A stretch of 64,000 nt of DNA from an uncultured Gammaproteobacteria bacterium (lineage in GTDB: Bacteria > Pseudomonadota > Gammaproteobacteria > JAURND01): the NCBI GenBank assembly GCA_963714975.1, contig CAVQQD010000002.1:1056001-1120000 (forward strand), in the 5' to 3' direction. Positions 41,659-53,486 of the stretch are shown here, in pieces. The notes under the pieces were generated by a model. That model did no database searches. It was not told the origin of the DNA and saw only the letters and a program-made list of their open reading frames with translations. Both the position numbers and the translations under genes were made by a program. Position 1 is the stretch's first letter. Each line of letters begins with the position of its first letter.

Positions 41659-42384
41659 TTACTTTACTAAAGTACCTTCCTCTTTCCCCAAAACAATCCG
41701 TAAGATTGCTCCTTCCTTATTAATATTAAAAATGCGCAGAATCATGCCATGATCGCGACATTGGCAAAAGGAAGCTAAATCCATCACTGCCAATTCTTTT
41801 TCCAGGGCTTCTTTATAAGTTAATTGGTGGTAGAGCTCTGCATCAGGATTTTTTAAAGGGTCGGCAGAATAGACACCATCTACTTGAGTTGCTTTCAAAA
41901 TGATGTCGGCTTCAATTTCAATGCCACGCAAACTAGCAGCGGAATCAGTAGTCACTAATGGATTGCCTGTCCCACCGGCAAACAACACCACCCGGCCTTT
42001 TTGCAAATGATGAATGGCCTTGCGGCGATCATAATGATCAACCACTCCAGACATGGGAATTGCTGATAAAATACGCGTCGGCAAACTAGCACGTTCAAAA
42101 GCATCACGTAAGGCTAAAGCATTCATGAGGGTGGCTAACATACCCATATAATCACTAGTCACCCGCCCAATTCCAGCTTTGGCTAATGTAGCTCCTCTAA
42201 ATAAATTACCTCCTCCAATCACCACAGCCACTTGCACCCCTAATTTAACCACCTGACAAATTTCTGCTGCCATGCGATCTAATACAGCTGGATCAATGCT
42301 ATTTTTTGTATGGCCTAGCAATGCTTCGCCACTCATCTTCAGCAAAATGCGTCGATAAACCGGCTCAGGTACTTCTTGCATCAA
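41659..42384 (-). CDS. pyrH: UMP kinase
   Basis: [26 protein letters not shown]. Confidence 0.97.
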   Translation of the reverse strand: MMQEVPEPVYRRILLKMSGEALLGHTKNSIDPAVLDRMAAEICQVVKLGVQVAVVIGGGNLFRGATLAKAGIGRVTSDYMGMLATLMNALALRDAFERASLPTRILSAIPMSGVVDHYDRRKAIHHLQKGRVVLFAGGTGNPLVTTDSAASLRGIEIEADIILKATQVDGVYSADPLKNPDAELYHQLTYKEALEKELAVMDLASFCQCRDHGMILRIFNINKEGAILRIVLGKEEGTLVK

Positions 42385-43274
42385 TGACCTCCACCCACTT
42401 GCGTCATGACTTCTTTCGCAAAGTCTTCGGTCGGTTTTTCAATGCCTTCCCCTAATTCAAAACGTGCAAATGCCGTTACTTCCGCTTTGGCTTCACTCAA
42501 TAAAACCCCGACTGTTTTTGAGGAATCTTTCACGAAAGGCTGGCCAAGCAAACTAACTTCACTTAAATATTTATTAATTCGGCCCGCAATCATTTTTTCA
42601 ACAATTTCAGCAGGCTTATCGCTCTGGGCAGACTGGGCCGCAAATATTTCCTTTTCTTTGGCAATTAACTCTGCCGGAACATCTTTCTCAGCAATAGCAA
42701 TAGGATTGGCGGCTGCAATGTGCATCGCCAGATCTTTTGCTAACTCAGGATTAGCCACGGTGATTGCCGCTAGCGCACCAATTCGGCCCCCATGGACATA
42801 ACTGCCGATGATGCCACTTGCCTTAATAAGCGCTACCCGACGAATTTGAATGTTTTCTCCCAATTTACTAATAAGTTGTTGGCGGGCATGTTCAATGCTT
42901 TCTTGACTCGTCGTTGAGAGAGTTTGTTCTAACAAACGCGCAGGATCAGCCGCTTGCGTTTCTAAAGCGCGTCGCGCTACTTTGTCAACAAATTCGCCAA
43001 ATGAAGCATCGCGACCAACAAAATCAGTTTCGCAGTTAACTTCCACCAGTGCAGCCAAGTGACCATCGCTAGCAACATACGAGGCGATTCGTCCTTCTGC
43101 CGCAATGCGGCCCGCTTTTTTAGCCGCTTTAGCTGTCCCTTTTATTTTCATGGCTTCAATAGCTTCTTCGATATTACCATTGGCTTCTAATAATGCTGTT
43201 TTGCAATCCATGAACCCTGCCCCAGTCCTTTCCCGGAGCTCTTGTACCTGCGCTGCTGTAATATTAGCACTCAT
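42381..43274 (-). CDS. tsf: Elongation factor Ts
   Basis: [20 protein letters not shown]. Confidence 0.98.
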   Translation of the reverse strand: MSANITAAQVQELRERTGAGFMDCKTALLEANGNIEEAIEAMKIKGTAKAAKKAGRIAAEGRIASYVASDGHLAALVEVNCETDFVGRDASFGEFVDKVARRALETQAADPARLLEQTLSTTSQESIEHARQQLISKLGENIQIRRVALIKASGIIGSYVHGGRIGALAAITVANPELAKDLAMHIAAANPIAIAEKDVPAELIAKEKEIFAAQSAQSDKPAEIVEKMIAGRINKYLSEVSLLGQPFVKDSSKTVGVLLSEAKAEVTAFARFELGEGIEKPTEDFAKEVMTQVGGGH

Positions 43275-44182
43275 GACTTTTCCTCTTTAATTACGCTCTT
43301 CGCGGCATTTTTTGTCTCTGCAGAAGCTTGAGGTTGCTTTACCTCTGCTGCCGATTCTGCTTGCGGTTGTGCTTCTGCCTTTTCTTCACTGGTTCGCTTC
43401 TTTTCAACCTTTTTCACGACTACTTTTCTTTTTTCGCCTTCCTCAGCTTTGGGGGCAGCTTCAGCTTCCCCTTTACTTTGGGCGGCATTTTCTTCTGCGA
43501 TTTGTTGCTGCGCTTCCAAAATAGCATCAGCAAAAACCTGGCAATATAAACGAATAGCACGGGCAGAATCATCATTACCAGGAATGACATAATCCACATC
43601 ATCCGGACTATTGTTGGTGTCAACTATTCCGATGACTGGAATCCCAAGACGCCTGGCCTCAGCCACAGCGGTTTTTTCTTGGCCAACATCCACCACGAAA
43701 ATGCTATCCGGCAAAGCACCCATATTTTTAATACCGCCTAAACTAGCTTCTAGCTTGGTAAGCTCTCGCAACAGGTTCAAGCCTTCTTTTTTAGTGAGTT
43801 TTTCCAGGCTACCGTCATCGCGCATGGTTTCTAAATCACGTAAGCGTTTGATGGATTGACGAATGGTTTTGTAATTGGTTAACATCCCGCCCAACCAACG
43901 ACGATCAACAAAGGGCATCCCGCAGCGAAGAGCCTCTTCACGCACAATTGCTTGCGCTGCTGGCTTGGTGCCAACAAACAGGACCTTGCCACGACTTGCC
44001 GCAACACGATGAACTGCAGTTGTCGCTTCACGGAGCAAAGGCAGGGTTTTTTCTAAATTAACGATATGAATTCGATGACGTATACCAAAAATATACTCAG
44101 CCATCTTAGGGTTCCAGAAGCGTGTTTGGTGGCCAAAATGCACACCAGCTTCCAGCATTTGCCGCATAGTAATTGTAGTCAT
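43271..44182 (-). CDS. rpsB: 30S ribosomal protein S2
   Basis: [29 protein letters not shown]. Confidence 0.98.
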   Translation of the reverse strand: MTTITMRQMLEAGVHFGHQTRFWNPKMAEYIFGIRHRIHIVNLEKTLPLLREATTAVHRVAASRGKVLFVGTKPAAQAIVREEALRCGMPFVDRRWLGGMLTNYKTIRQSIKRLRDLETMRDDGSLEKLTKKEGLNLLRELTKLEASLGGIKNMGALPDSIFVVDVGQEKTAVAEARRLGIPVIGIVDTNNSPDDVDYVIPGNDDSARAIRLYCQVFADAILEAQQQIAEENAAQSKGEAEAAPKAEEGEKRKVVVKKVEKKRTSEEKAEAQPQAESAAEVKQPQASAETKNAAKSVIKEEKS

Positions 44183-44194
44183 AATTTCTCCAAT

Positions 44195-44282
44195 GGGTTA
44201 AGCCTCCACATACCCCATATTTGAATCCTGCTGCACGAGGCAGGCAGAACACCCCAAATATGTGACGGCATGTGTGTGTTAA
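44195..44282 (-). ncRNA. t44/rpsB leader RNA
   Basis: Minus strand acacacacatgccgtcacatatttggggtg...aatatggggtatgtggaggcttaaccc directly upstream of rpsB. Confidence 0.75.
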
Positions 44283-44336
44283 GCGTCGTCTCCGCAAGGG
44301 ACGACACAATTAATAGATTGCACTTTAAGCGGGTGT

Positions 44337-44346
44337 TTTATACCAT
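44337..44346 (-). promoter_or_regulatory. Extended -10 promoter of rpsB
   Basis: TGGTATAAA followed by a GC-rich discriminator, as in the enterobacterial rpsB promoter. Confidence 0.6.
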
Positions 44347-44381
44347 AGAAAAACCCTCGCTAACAAGTGATTGCAAATACT

Positions 44382-45164
44382 ATGCCCATCAGCCTCAAAA
44401 CTCCAGAAGAAATTGTTAAAATGCGTACAGCTGGCCGGTTGGCCGCTGAGGTGCTAACCATGATTGGGCCTTATATTAAGGTCGGCGTCACCACCGATGA
44501 GTTAGATCGCATTTGTCATGAGTATATTGTCAACCAACAGCAAGCCATCCCAGCACCGCTTAATTACCGTGGTTTTCCTAAATCAATCTGTACTTCAGTC
44601 AATCATGTGGTTTGTCATGGCATTCCCGGTAATAAAAAATTAAAAGAAGGGGATATTATTAACGTCGATGTGACCGTCATTAAGGACGGTTACCATGGCG
44701 ATACCAGCAAGATGTTTTTTGTCGGCAAACCCGCAATTTTGGCGCAACGCTTAGTCAAAATCACTCAGGAATGCCTGTATTTAGGTATCCAACAAGTTAA
44801 ACCAGGCGCGCATTTAGGCGATATTGGCGCTGCTATCCAACAACATGCTGAAGCTCAGCATTTTTCCGTGGTCCACGAATATTGTGGCCACGGTATTGGA
44901 CAAATTTTTCATGATGAACCGCAAATACTGCATTATGGTACCGCGGGCACTGGCGAAGAGTTGAAAGCAGGTATGACTTTCACCATCGAACCCATGATCA
45001 ATACGGGTAAGCGTTTTGTTAAGTTACTGCCCGACCGGTGGACAGTTGTCACCAAAGACCATTCCCTATCAGCACAGTGGGAACATACCCTGTTGGTCAC
45101 AGAAACAGGGTACGAAATCCTCACTTGGCGACCTGAAGAAGAAATTCCTGCCATTTTCTGCTGA
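44382..45164 (+). CDS. map: Methionine aminopeptidase type I
   Basis: CHGIP, DVT..KDGYHGD, GHGIG, FTIEPM, QWEHT. Confidence 0.97.
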   Translation: MPISLKTPEEIVKMRTAGRLAAEVLTMIGPYIKVGVTTDELDRICHEYIVNQQQAIPAPLNYRGFPKSICTSVNHVVCHGIPGNKKLKEGDIINVDVTVIKDGYHGDTSKMFFVGKPAILAQRLVKITQECLYLGIQQVKPGAHLGDIGAAIQQHAEAQHFSVVHEYCGHGIGQIFHDEPQILHYGTAGTGEELKAGMTFTIEPMINTGKRFVKLLPDRWTVVTKDHSLSAQWEHTLLVTETGYEILTWRPEEEIPAIFC

Positions 45165-45281
45165 GGCCTTGGCGACACTATCTCCCTCGCAGTAGGTTTC
45201 TACTGCCGAATCTAGGTTTAATACTGCATTAAGTTTTAAAGTTTAAAATAAGCATATTCATTCATACTCATAGAGAATACT

Positions 45282-46223
45282 ATGGTTGATAAAGACAAGC
45301 GGCCTTTCGGGAAAAAGCCGTTCATTAAATTTCTCATTAATGTCCTCCTCCCCCCATTAGGAGCACTGTCTTCTTTACACGATTACGCGGAGGATGATCC
45401 AAATGGAGAGCATGAAAAGTATCGTGATAGATACGCTGCACTTATGTTCTACCTGCTTGGGACCACCCTATTGACAGCCATAGGAATGTATATGTGGAAT
45501 GAATATAGTTTTCAGCTTGGTACACAATCTATAACAGAGGCCCTTGGCTTGCCAATTTGGGATATTGGGATGAGTTTCGTTTATGCCATGGCTGCTTGTA
45601 CTGTAGTCAGGCTAATTGCCGGCATTCATTATTATGCGATCGACAACAGCACCCTCAAAGGGATTGCTAAAGGCGTTGGTAGAGGAGTTTTATTTGGACT
45701 CATTGGAAGTTCAGACAGCGACGTATATGATCTCTTTTTAAAAAAAGATGGCACTCCAGTAAATAACACAAATCGGCAAGTAAAAGTACGTAATCCAAAG
45801 CAACACAGAAATGATGTTCTAGAGGCTATGGGTGTTCCAGTTGCTGCTTCAGTGGAAGAAAGGCCTGTCAATTCTATCTATTCTTGGCTTGACCGACTTC
45901 GGTCTCCACATCAGCAACAGCCTCGATATCTACCTTTGAATCAGAGTACTGAAGAAAATATCACTACTGTAGAGCAAAATAGTATCTCCATTTCATCGCA
46001 AGGAACATCACAAATAGAAGAAGACATGCCTTCATTAAGCCGAAGCTTTGTGACAACTGCTTCTAAATTTGACTCTCCCATTTATTCCTCCAATAATCCT
46101 GACGTTACGATAGATATTGAATCCACCAAGAATTATCTCAATAATGATCCAGAAGTGGATCCTGATCCTGATCCTGAGGACAATTCAAAACATCCTCTTG
46201 TAGATATGCCCTATCAATCATAG
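45282..46223 (+). CDS. Orphan membrane protein with low-complexity acidic tail, effector-like
   Basis: N-terminal TMs; Ser/Asp/Pro-rich C-terminus (DPEVDPDPDPED). Confidence 0.65.
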   Translation: MVDKDKRPFGKKPFIKFLINVLLPPLGALSSLHDYAEDDPNGEHEKYRDRYAALMFYLLGTTLLTAIGMYMWNEYSFQLGTQSITEALGLPIWDIGMSFVYAMAACTVVRLIAGIHYYAIDNSTLKGIAKGVGRGVLFGLIGSSDSDVYDLFLKKDGTPVNNTNRQVKVRNPKQHRNDVLEAMGVPVAASVEERPVNSIYSWLDRLRSPHQQQPRYLPLNQSTEENITTVEQNSISISSQGTSQIEEDMPSLSRSFVTTASKFDSPIYSSNNPDVTIDIESTKNYLNNDPEVDPDPDPEDNSKHPLVDMPYQS

Positions 46224-46343
46224 CTATCCGTGCACACAACTTCATTGGATAACAGAGCAGCCTTCCCACAAAAGCATGGGGAAATATGTGCATCGGATAG
46301 CTGGGCAACATCCGCTGCACGGTGTGAGCTTCGATCCAAACAG

Positions 46344-47555
46344 CTAATACAAAAAACCAAAATAAAACAAAGGGATTGTAGTTTCATTCCCCATTAAAAT
46401 ATCATCTTTTACCACAATACAAGGCAATTGGGTTTTATTTGCCTGATTTATATTTTTATTTTTACCGCCAATTTCAAATAAATAGTTTGCTACCTGAAAA
46501 TCAGCATAATCATTACTAAACAGCTGTAATCCTGCATCCATCACAGATTGAGCAAAAAACAATTCTCGTTTAGTGCCTTTTTCAGCACTAATTCCCAAAT
46601 AATTATCTAGGGCGCAATGCAAGCTAGTATTATTCAAAAATACCTTTGATGGCTTATGCAACGCTTGTTTCCCCTTGGCATAAGGGGGGATAAAACGCAA
46701 TAATCCGGTATCCCGCAAGATAACCAAATAATTAAAAGTTGTTTTATCGTCAATTCCCAACTGTTTCGCAATACTATGCGTATTGATCGTACCAGGCGGA
46801 ATCGTAACTAAGTAATTTAAGATCGTTTTAAAATAATGTAAATTATTGGTTTTAAGCTGATAAAAATTAGCAATGTCTTCAAATATAGTTTTTTCAACCA
46901 CCCGACCTATTTTTTCATAATAAGAAACTTCGTTTTCAAACAAGAAAGGATAATAGCCATAACGAATATAATCTTTAAAGTGCCCAAGGATTTTAGTTAC
47001 TTGCGACAATTGTTGGCCTACCTCATAGCGGTTCTTCATTAAATCTTCCCACTGGATAGGTTGCAATTGGCTGCCCGTAGTAAAATTAAGATATTCTCGA
47101 AAGGATAGACCGTGCAAGTGGTATAGCCGAGCGCGTCGACTCAAATCACTACTGCCTTTCACTAAATCAATACTCGAGCTACCTGAAAAAACAATTTTTA
47201 CATCGGGAAACGAATCATAAATGTTTTTTAATTCCTGACTCCAATTGAGATATTTATGAATTTCATCAATAAAAAAAAATCGCACCCCATCAACTAAATA
47301 ACTATGGTTAATAAATTCTAATAATGAACCACTGCTAAAATAGAAATTATCGGCAGAAAAATATAAGACTGCCTTATTGGGGTAAAGATTGGCCTTGATG
47401 TATTGCAGCAATAAGGTAGTCTTGCCCACGCCGCGAGCACCAATTAGGCCAGTAAGACGGTCATCCAAGTTAAATAAAGGATATAAATATCGATGGGTGG
47501 TAAAGGATAACGCCTGAATTAACCGATGAAAGCTAGCTTGAATAAAATCGATCAT
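46344..47555 (-). CDS. AAA_14-type ATPase (DUF4143-associated family)
   Basis: Walker A GARGVGKT, Walker B FIDEIH, SGSS, DLSRR, GYYP, FEIGGK; probable ATG at 47555. Confidence 0.85.
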   Translation of the reverse strand: MIDFIQASFHRLIQALSFTTHRYLYPLFNLDDRLTGLIGARGVGKTTLLLQYIKANLYPNKAVLYFSADNFYFSSGSLLEFINHSYLVDGVRFFFIDEIHKYLNWSQELKNIYDSFPDVKIVFSGSSSIDLVKGSSDLSRRARLYHLHGLSFREYLNFTTGSQLQPIQWEDLMKNRYEVGQQLSQVTKILGHFKDYIRYGYYPFLFENEVSYYEKIGRVVEKTIFEDIANFYQLKTNNLHYFKTILNYLVTIPPGTINTHSIAKQLGIDDKTTFNYLVILRDTGLLRFIPPYAKGKQALHKPSKVFLNNTSLHCALDNYLGISAEKGTKRELFFAQSVMDAGLQLFSNDYADFQVANYLFEIGGKNKNINQANKTQLPCIVVKDDILMGNETTIPLFYFGFLY

Positions 47556-47771
47556 TTGGAGTACACTCCTAATTTCAGCGAGAATATCAGGAGTGTACTC
47601 CAAAATTGACGAAAATCCTAATGTTCCAAATCCTCTCTCCCGCTTGCGGGAGCTTCTGCCGTCATTGCGGAGGCAATGTGTGCATCGGATAGCTTGCAAA
47701 AAACTTAATTACCACTATAATGCTCTATAGTTTGAGCATTAACTCTTTCATTGATCAATTTATTGACTGTT

Positions 47772-48125
47772 ATGGCTAGAAAAAAGAGTGTAATTTTACC
47801 CTCCCTGCAGCGAATTTTAACTGAGGTAGGGGAAAATATTCGTCTTGCGCGCTTGCGCAGAAAAATTTCTGCAGTCTTGTTAGCGGAGCGTGCAGGGATA
47901 TCTCGCAATACCTTAAGAGCCATAGAGCAAGGGGACCCCAAAGTAACATTTGGTGCTTATGCTAATGTTTTACTGTGCTTACGCTTAGAAAAGGATTTGA
48001 AATTACTAGCACGCGATGACGAGCTAGGGCGCAAACTACAAGATTTGGGTTTAGCTACTAAAGTACGGGCACCCAAACTAAAATCGAGAAATAAAGATGA
48101 ATACAACACAAAAGCGATCGATTGA
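47772..48125 (+). CDS. XRE-family HTH antitoxin (HipB-like)
   Basis: GENIRLARLRR..AERAGISR.TL.AIE.G; overlaps hipA. Confidence 0.85.
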   Translation: MARKKSVILPSLQRILTEVGENIRLARLRRKISAVLLAERAGISRNTLRAIEQGDPKVTFGAYANVLLCLRLEKDLKLLARDDELGRKLQDLGLATKVRAPKLKSRNKDEYNTKAID

Positions 48126-49374
48126 AGTCTGTGTCCACTGGCGAGGTTTACCTCAGCCTAGCTTGCTGGGAATGCTTTATATTACTCCTTCCCGAGGTAA
48201 GGAAATTTTTTCATTTGAATATAACCCTGATTGGCTGAGTAAAAATCAGGGTTATACTTTAGATCCTGCATTGCAATTATACTCAGGAATACAGTATACG
48301 CCCCAGGGCCAGGATAATTTTGGTATTTTCCTTGATTCCGCCCCTGATCGTTGGGGACGCTTTCTCATGAATCGTAGAGAAGCGCAGTTAGCTCGAGAGG
48401 CAGGACGCAAAGAACGAAGATTGCTCGAATCAGATTATCTCTTAGGGGTATATGATGAGAACCGTATAGGCGCAATTCGATTTCGCACAGATTCTAATAG
48501 CCCCTTTCTTTATTATAATAAAGCTTATGCTTCACCCCCTTGGACTTCTTTACGTGAATTGGAGTACGCCAGTTTAAATCTTGAAAATGCGGATGCAGAA
48601 AACAATCCAAATTATTCCAAGTGGTTGCAGATGCTAATTGCCCCAGGCGGTTCTTTAGGTGGTGCGCGCCCAAAAGCCAGCGTTATTGATGAAAATAAAC
48701 ATCTGTGGATTGCCAAATTTCCAAGCGCAAATGATGAACATGATATTGGTGCCTGGGAAATGGTTGCATATAAACTTGCGCAGCGCGCTCAAATTATTAT
48801 GCCTGAAGCAAAAGTAGAAAAATTTAATAGTCGTCATCACACTTTTCTTAGCAAACGTTTTGATCGAACCGGATCGGATGAGCGAATCCATTTTGCTTCC
48901 GCAATGACTTTATTGCAGCGTTTAGATGGTGAAGATTTTTCTGCTGGCGCGAGCTATTTGGAACTTGCAGAATTTATTGCCCAACAAAGTGCGCAACCTA
49001 ACCAAGATTTAGAGCAATTATGGCGCAGGATAGTGTTTTATATTTGCATATCCAATGTGGACGATCACCTGAGAAACCATGGTTTTATTCTGCAAGAAAA
49101 TGGTTGGATATTATCACCGGCATTTGATATTAATCCAGTAGCCAGCGGAAATGGTCTTAAACTGAATATTTCTGAGACCGATAACTCACAAAGTTTAACG
49201 CTTGCAAAAGAAGTTGCAGAATTTTTTCGAATAAAACCGAACCAGGCAGACAAAATTATTCAAGAAATTACCACTGCAGTGAAATACTGGCGAAAGGAAG
49301 CCAATAACTTGCATATTCCAGTCAGAGAACAAAACAATATGGAGCGAGCGTTCCAGCCTAGAGGGAGCCATTGA
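48097..49374 (+). CDS. hipA: HipA family toxin kinase
   Basis: [39 protein letters not shown]. Confidence 0.92.
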   Translation: MNTTQKRSIEVCVHWRGLPQPSLLGMLYITPSRGKEIFSFEYNPDWLSKNQGYTLDPALQLYSGIQYTPQGQDNFGIFLDSAPDRWGRFLMNRREAQLAREAGRKERRLLESDYLLGVYDENRIGAIRFRTDSNSPFLYYNKAYASPPWTSLRELEYASLNLENADAENNPNYSKWLQMLIAPGGSLGGARPKASVIDENKHLWIAKFPSANDEHDIGAWEMVAYKLAQRAQIIMPEAKVEKFNSRHHTFLSKRFDRTGSDERIHFASAMTLLQRLDGEDFSAGASYLELAEFIAQQSAQPNQDLEQLWRRIVFYICISNVDDHLRNHGFILQENGWILSPAFDINPVASGNGLKLNISETDNSQSLTLAKEVAEFFRIKPNQADKIIQEITTAVKYWRKEANNLHIPVREQNNMERAFQPRGSH

Positions 49375-50029
49375 GCAAGGTATAAGTTCGCTGCATCTTA
49401 GCCGCCAACGCCAAATCATGAGTAACAATAACAAAACTCGTCTTTAATCGTTCGTTTAAATCGAACATTAAATCGATCACATGCCCCGCCGTCACTTGAT
49501 CCAAATTTCCGGTCGGTTCATCGGCCAAAACACAGACTGGGCGGTTCACTAAAGCCCGAGCAATAGCAACTCGTTGCCGCTCTCCTCCCGATAACTCTCC
49601 CAAACGATGCGACAAACGATGGCTTAAGCCCACCTGCTCTAACATTTCTGTGGCTCTTTCTGCCGCTTGTTTAGCCGTCACGTCGGCAATTAATAACGGC
49701 ATGGCCACATTTTCTAGGGCGTTAAACTCAGGCAATAAATGGTGAAATTGGTAGATAAACCCTAAATCAGCATTGCGTAATTGACTTTTTTTGCCTTCCG
49801 ATAAGCCATGAATATCAACTCCAGCGACTAATACTCGGCCAGCAGTGGGCCGGTCTAGACCACCTAACAAATGCAGCAAGGTACTTTTCCCAGTTCCAGA
49901 AGCACCTACAATCGCGATACGCTCACCCGCTGGCACCGCCAAGTTGATATCGACTAAAACTTCAACTTTTAACTTCCCATCTTTGAAAGTTTTGGCCACA
50001 TGCTCGGCTTGCAAAACAATTTCACTCAT
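49358..50029 (-). CDS. lolD: Lipoprotein-releasing ABC transporter ATPase
   Basis: [34 protein letters not shown]. Confidence 0.95.
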   Translation of the reverse strand: MSEIVLQAEHVAKTFKDGKLKVEVLVDINLAVPAGERIAIVGASGTGKSTLLHLLGGLDRPTAGRVLVAGVDIHGLSEGKKSQLRNADLGFIYQFHHLLPEFNALENVAMPLLIADVTAKQAAERATEMLEQVGLSHRLSHRLGELSGGERQRVAIARALVNRPVCVLADEPTGNLDQVTAGHVIDLMFDLNERLKTSFVIVTHDLALAAKMQRTYTLLNGSL

Positions 50030-51272
50030 AACGCAGGGCCTCCGCTGGCTGTGTACGAGAAGCCTGCCATGCCGGATATAACGTAGCTAACAAACTCAAG
50101 CCTAACGCAATCACGCAAACCTGCCAAACATCGGACACTTGAATGCGCGAAGGCAGATAGTCCACTACATAAATCGAGGAAGAAATAAACGAAACATGAA
50201 ACACGTGCTGCAGAAAAGCCACTACTTCGGTGACATTATGCGCCAAAAGAATGCCACCAATTAAACCCAACAAGGTACCGACGCAGCCTACCACCAGTCC
50301 TTGCACAATAAAAGTCGCCATAATGGTCCGAGGCGTAGCGCCAAAAGTGCGAAGAATGGCAATTTCCGCTCGTTTATCATTCACAACCATCACTAAGGTC
50401 GAAACTAAGTTAAAGGCAGCTATCGCGATGATCAGTAATAAAATAAGGAAGATCATAGTTTTTTCCATGCGGATCGCCTTAAAATAAGTGCCTAATTCTC
50501 GGGTCCAATCGGTAATTAGATATTCCGCTGGCAGAACCTGTTGTAACTGCTCGGCCACCACCGGGGCAATATACAAATCACTCACCCTTAACCGCAGACC
50601 ACTGACCGCACCCCCCATTTGATATAACAATTGAGCATCGCGTAAATTAATAAAGGCCATGCCACGATCCATTTCTTGCCGACCATCCACATGAAAAATC
50701 CCTGCTACGGTAAATTGCTTAAACCGGGGGATGATCCCTAACGGAGAGGCATTAGCCTGCGGAGTGAATAAAATCACTTTATCCCCCAAACCTAATCCTA
50801 AATTTTCGGCAATGCCTTCCCCAATCACGATGCCAAATGCCTGGGGCTGCAACGCATCAAAGCTCCCTTGCACCAAATGCGCTGCCAGTTGCGATACCCG
50901 CGCTTCTTCCTGCGGTAATATCCCAGTGACCAATACCGGCGCAGAACTACCTAAATGGGAAAGCATTCCCTGCGCGCTAACAAAAGGAGCAGCCGCTTTG
51001 ACATGCGGTTGCTTTTCAACTAATTGTTGCAGTTGACTCCAATTGGCCAACCGACCCTCCACATCACTTACGGTGACATGATTAGCTAAATTAAATAATC
51101 GATTGCGAATCTCGAAATCAAAACCATTCATCACCGACAATACAGTGATCAGCACGGCCACTCCCAAGGCAATGCCGATCATCGAAGCTAATGAAATAAA
51201 CGAGACAAATTGATTGCGACGCTTGGCGCGGGTATAACGCAAGCCAATATAAAGTGCTAATGGTTTAAACAT
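50022..51272 (-). CDS. lolE: Lipoprotein-releasing ABC transporter permease (LolC/E, single copy)
   Basis: [44 protein letters not shown]. Confidence 0.85.
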   Translation of the reverse strand: MFKPLALYIGLRYTRAKRRNQFVSFISLASMIGIALGVAVLITVLSVMNGFDFEIRNRLFNLANHVTVSDVEGRLANWSQLQQLVEKQPHVKAAAPFVSAQGMLSHLGSSAPVLVTGILPQEEARVSQLAAHLVQGSFDALQPQAFGIVIGEGIAENLGLGLGDKVILFTPQANASPLGIIPRFKQFTVAGIFHVDGRQEMDRGMAFINLRDAQLLYQMGGAVSGLRLRVSDLYIAPVVAEQLQQVLPAEYLITDWTRELGTYFKAIRMEKTMIFLILLLIIAIAAFNLVSTLVMVVNDKRAEIAILRTFGATPRTIMATFIVQGLVVGCVGTLLGLIGGILLAHNVTEVVAFLQHVFHVSFISSSIYVVDYLPSRIQVSDVWQVCVIALGLSLLATLYPAWQASRTQPAEALRYE

Positions 51273-51473
51273 AAGTCCCTGTGCCGCTGGTGGAATATTT
51301 ATTTCAGCTACTGCTACTATTCATACTACTACTGCTCTGCTTGAATTTTTCTGCTTATTTTTTCTTCTAACTATTCAATATCAGGGCACATTCTAACTCA
51401 AATGGTTCGGATAATGCCAGCACCCAATCCAGGTCAGTGCGATATAATCTAGCCTGATCTCAGGGATCTATAT

Positions 51474-53486
51474 TCATTTCTTCAGAAAACAATCCAACAC
51501 CTCGCGCGCCACCTCCTCAGTCAAAGGCTTTTCTAGCACCCCATTAATACCCGCAGCCGCACATTCTGCTTGCACTTTTTCAACATTATGGGCCGTCAGA
51601 GCCACAATCGGCACTGGATTTTTTCGGCCTTTTTCTAGGGTGCGAATATGCTTTGCCACTGCCAATCCACTCATATCTGTTAGCCCAATATCAGTAATAA
51701 TCAGCACATATTTATCCAATTCAAAAATTTCTAAAGCTTTCTCACCTGTATCCACAATATCAACTGTATAACCTAAGTGCGTGAGAATCGATTCCACGCC
51801 TTTTTGAGCCATCCGATTATCCTCAACCAACAAAATACGCGGACCTATCTTCTCTTCCTCGCTGGCAGCATCCCCAAGCGGTGCTAGCTTGGTAAACTTA
51901 GGCTTCACTGCTCTCGGTTTCAGGAATGCCTTGGCGGGTAGAAAAGGAAAGGTGATGGTGAAGCAACTGCCCTTACCCACTTCGCTGTCCACATCAATTT
52001 TTCCTCCCATCAAAGTGACAAATTTATGCACAATATACAGCCCAATCCCATGACCCTCAAATTTGCCTTCATAAGAAGGCGTCAAACGCGTAAAGCGCTC
52101 GAAAATGCTAGCGATTTTTTCTTGGGGAATGCCCATGCCGGTATCACGAACTTTTAAACAAAGTTCCTCTTTTTCTTTGCCAGTGTCTTCATCGCGAGTT
52201 TTCTGTAAGAGAATGTCCATGCTTATCGAGCCTTCCTCAGTAAATTTAATCGCATTGCCTAGTAAATTTAAAATTATCCGATAAAATCCCGGCGCGCTGG
52301 CATACACCATTTCAGGAATAGCGGGATCATAAGTGGAATAAAATCCTAAGCCTTTTTGTTTCATGGAAGGGGTCAACATCTCGACAAGCTGATCCGTTAT
52401 GGTTTGGGGATTGAAATTTTCATTGCTAAGTGCCACCCCTTCGGTTTCAATCCGCCCCATCTCTAAACAATTCATAAAAAATTCTATCAATTGCTTGCCC
52501 GAATTTTTAATCATCTGCACATTTTCATAATTATCTTCGAGAGCATCGGGCTCCTCGAGTTGCGTGCCGATCCTGTGCGCCATGGAAATAATACCCGCCA
52601 GCGGCGTTTTGACATCGTGACTCATGTTTTGGATAAAATCCGTTTTAGCACGATCGGAAGCTTCGGCGGCTTCTAAGGCTTCTTTTAATTCCTTCTCCAT
52701 TGCTTTGCGTTCAGTAATATCAGTGGCATTTCCAATAATGCCAATAATTTTTTCTTTATTTTCGTCATATAGGGGGGCTTTGTGGGAGAGAAATATTCTA
52801 ATTTCGTTGTTTAATATACCTGTTTCTTCTACGACCATGGGAATTCCAGATTGCATAACCTCTAGATCATTTTGTCGTAATCTATTAGTTACCTCATCAT
52901 CCCAACCCAATATTTTTGCAAAATCAAAAATACTTTTTCCAATCATTTCCTTGCCAGTTTTAAGTCCATATAATTGAGCTTCAGCATCATTTGCACCTAA
53001 GGTGACGGAATTTTTGTCTAACCAATAAATAGGGTCGGGTAGATTAGTCAGGATATTTTCCAAATATACATTTGTTAACCGAAATTTCTCCAGTGCATCT
53101 GATTTGGCTGTATCTAATGCAAGCTCTAAACGTTTCCTATCGCTAATATTTATTAAGGTGCCCACCACCCCAACCACCTCATCTTCTGGAGTACATAATG
53201 GTCGCTCAGTGACCAAATAACAAATTAATAATCCATTATGTAAAAATTCTAGCTCAAAACTATTTTCAGTCCTTGTCTCTATAATGCTTCTAGTGAAGGA
53301 TTCTAACTCTTGTGCTTTCGAACACCAAGGTAATTCATAGTCAGTTCTGCCAACTAATTCATCCAAATTGTCAAAATTAACCATTTCCAACATTTTTTGA
53401 TTTCCACCCTGATATATGTTACCCATATCTTTCCAATAGGCAGATATAGGTAAAGAAAGAAGCAAATCAAAATTAGAAAATTTCAT
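51474..53486 (-). CDS. Cytoplasmic PAS-PAS hybrid histidine kinase/receiver
   Basis: Two PAS/PAC blocks; NMSHDVKTPL, NAIKFT, DTGMG, GIGL; REC LLVEDN...TDIGL...KP; no TM. Confidence 0.92.
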   Translation of the reverse strand: MKFSNFDLLLSLPISAYWKDMGNIYQGGNQKMLEMVNFDNLDELVGRTDYELPWCSKAQELESFTRSIIETRTENSFELEFLHNGLLICYLVTERPLCTPEDEVVGVVGTLINISDRKRLELALDTAKSDALEKFRLTNVYLENILTNLPDPIYWLDKNSVTLGANDAEAQLYGLKTGKEMIGKSIFDFAKILGWDDEVTNRLRQNDLEVMQSGIPMVVEETGILNNEIRIFLSHKAPLYDENKEKIIGIIGNATDITERKAMEKELKEALEAAEASDRAKTDFIQNMSHDVKTPLAGIISMAHRIGTQLEEPDALEDNYENVQMIKNSGKQLIEFFMNCLEMGRIETEGVALSNENFNPQTITDQLVEMLTPSMKQKGLGFYSTYDPAIPEMVYASAPGFYRIILNLLGNAIKFTEEGSISMDILLQKTRDEDTGKEKEELCLKVRDTGMGIPQEKIASIFERFTRLTPSYEGKFEGHGIGLYIVHKFVTLMGGKIDVDSEVGKGSCFTITFPFLPAKAFLKPRAVKPKFTKLAPLGDAASEEEKIGPRILLVEDNRMAQKGVESILTHLGYTVDIVDTGEKALEIFELDKYVLIITDIGLTDMSGLAVAKHIRTLEKGRKNPVPIVALTAHNVEKVQAECAAAGINGVLEKPLTEEVAREVLDCFLKK

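Noticed and set aside
42406-43859. Plus-strand ORFs opposite tsf/rpsB (and similar short ORFs opposite other genes)
   Set aside because: Antisense shadows of conserved genes with no motifs
47556-47699. N-terminal extension of the ATPase in the ORF track
   Set aside because: Runs through repeat DNA; the AGGAG RBS supports the ATG at 47555
51300-51345. ctactg/ctacta low-complexity tract upstream of lolE
   Set aside because: Short and imperfect; no evidence of function
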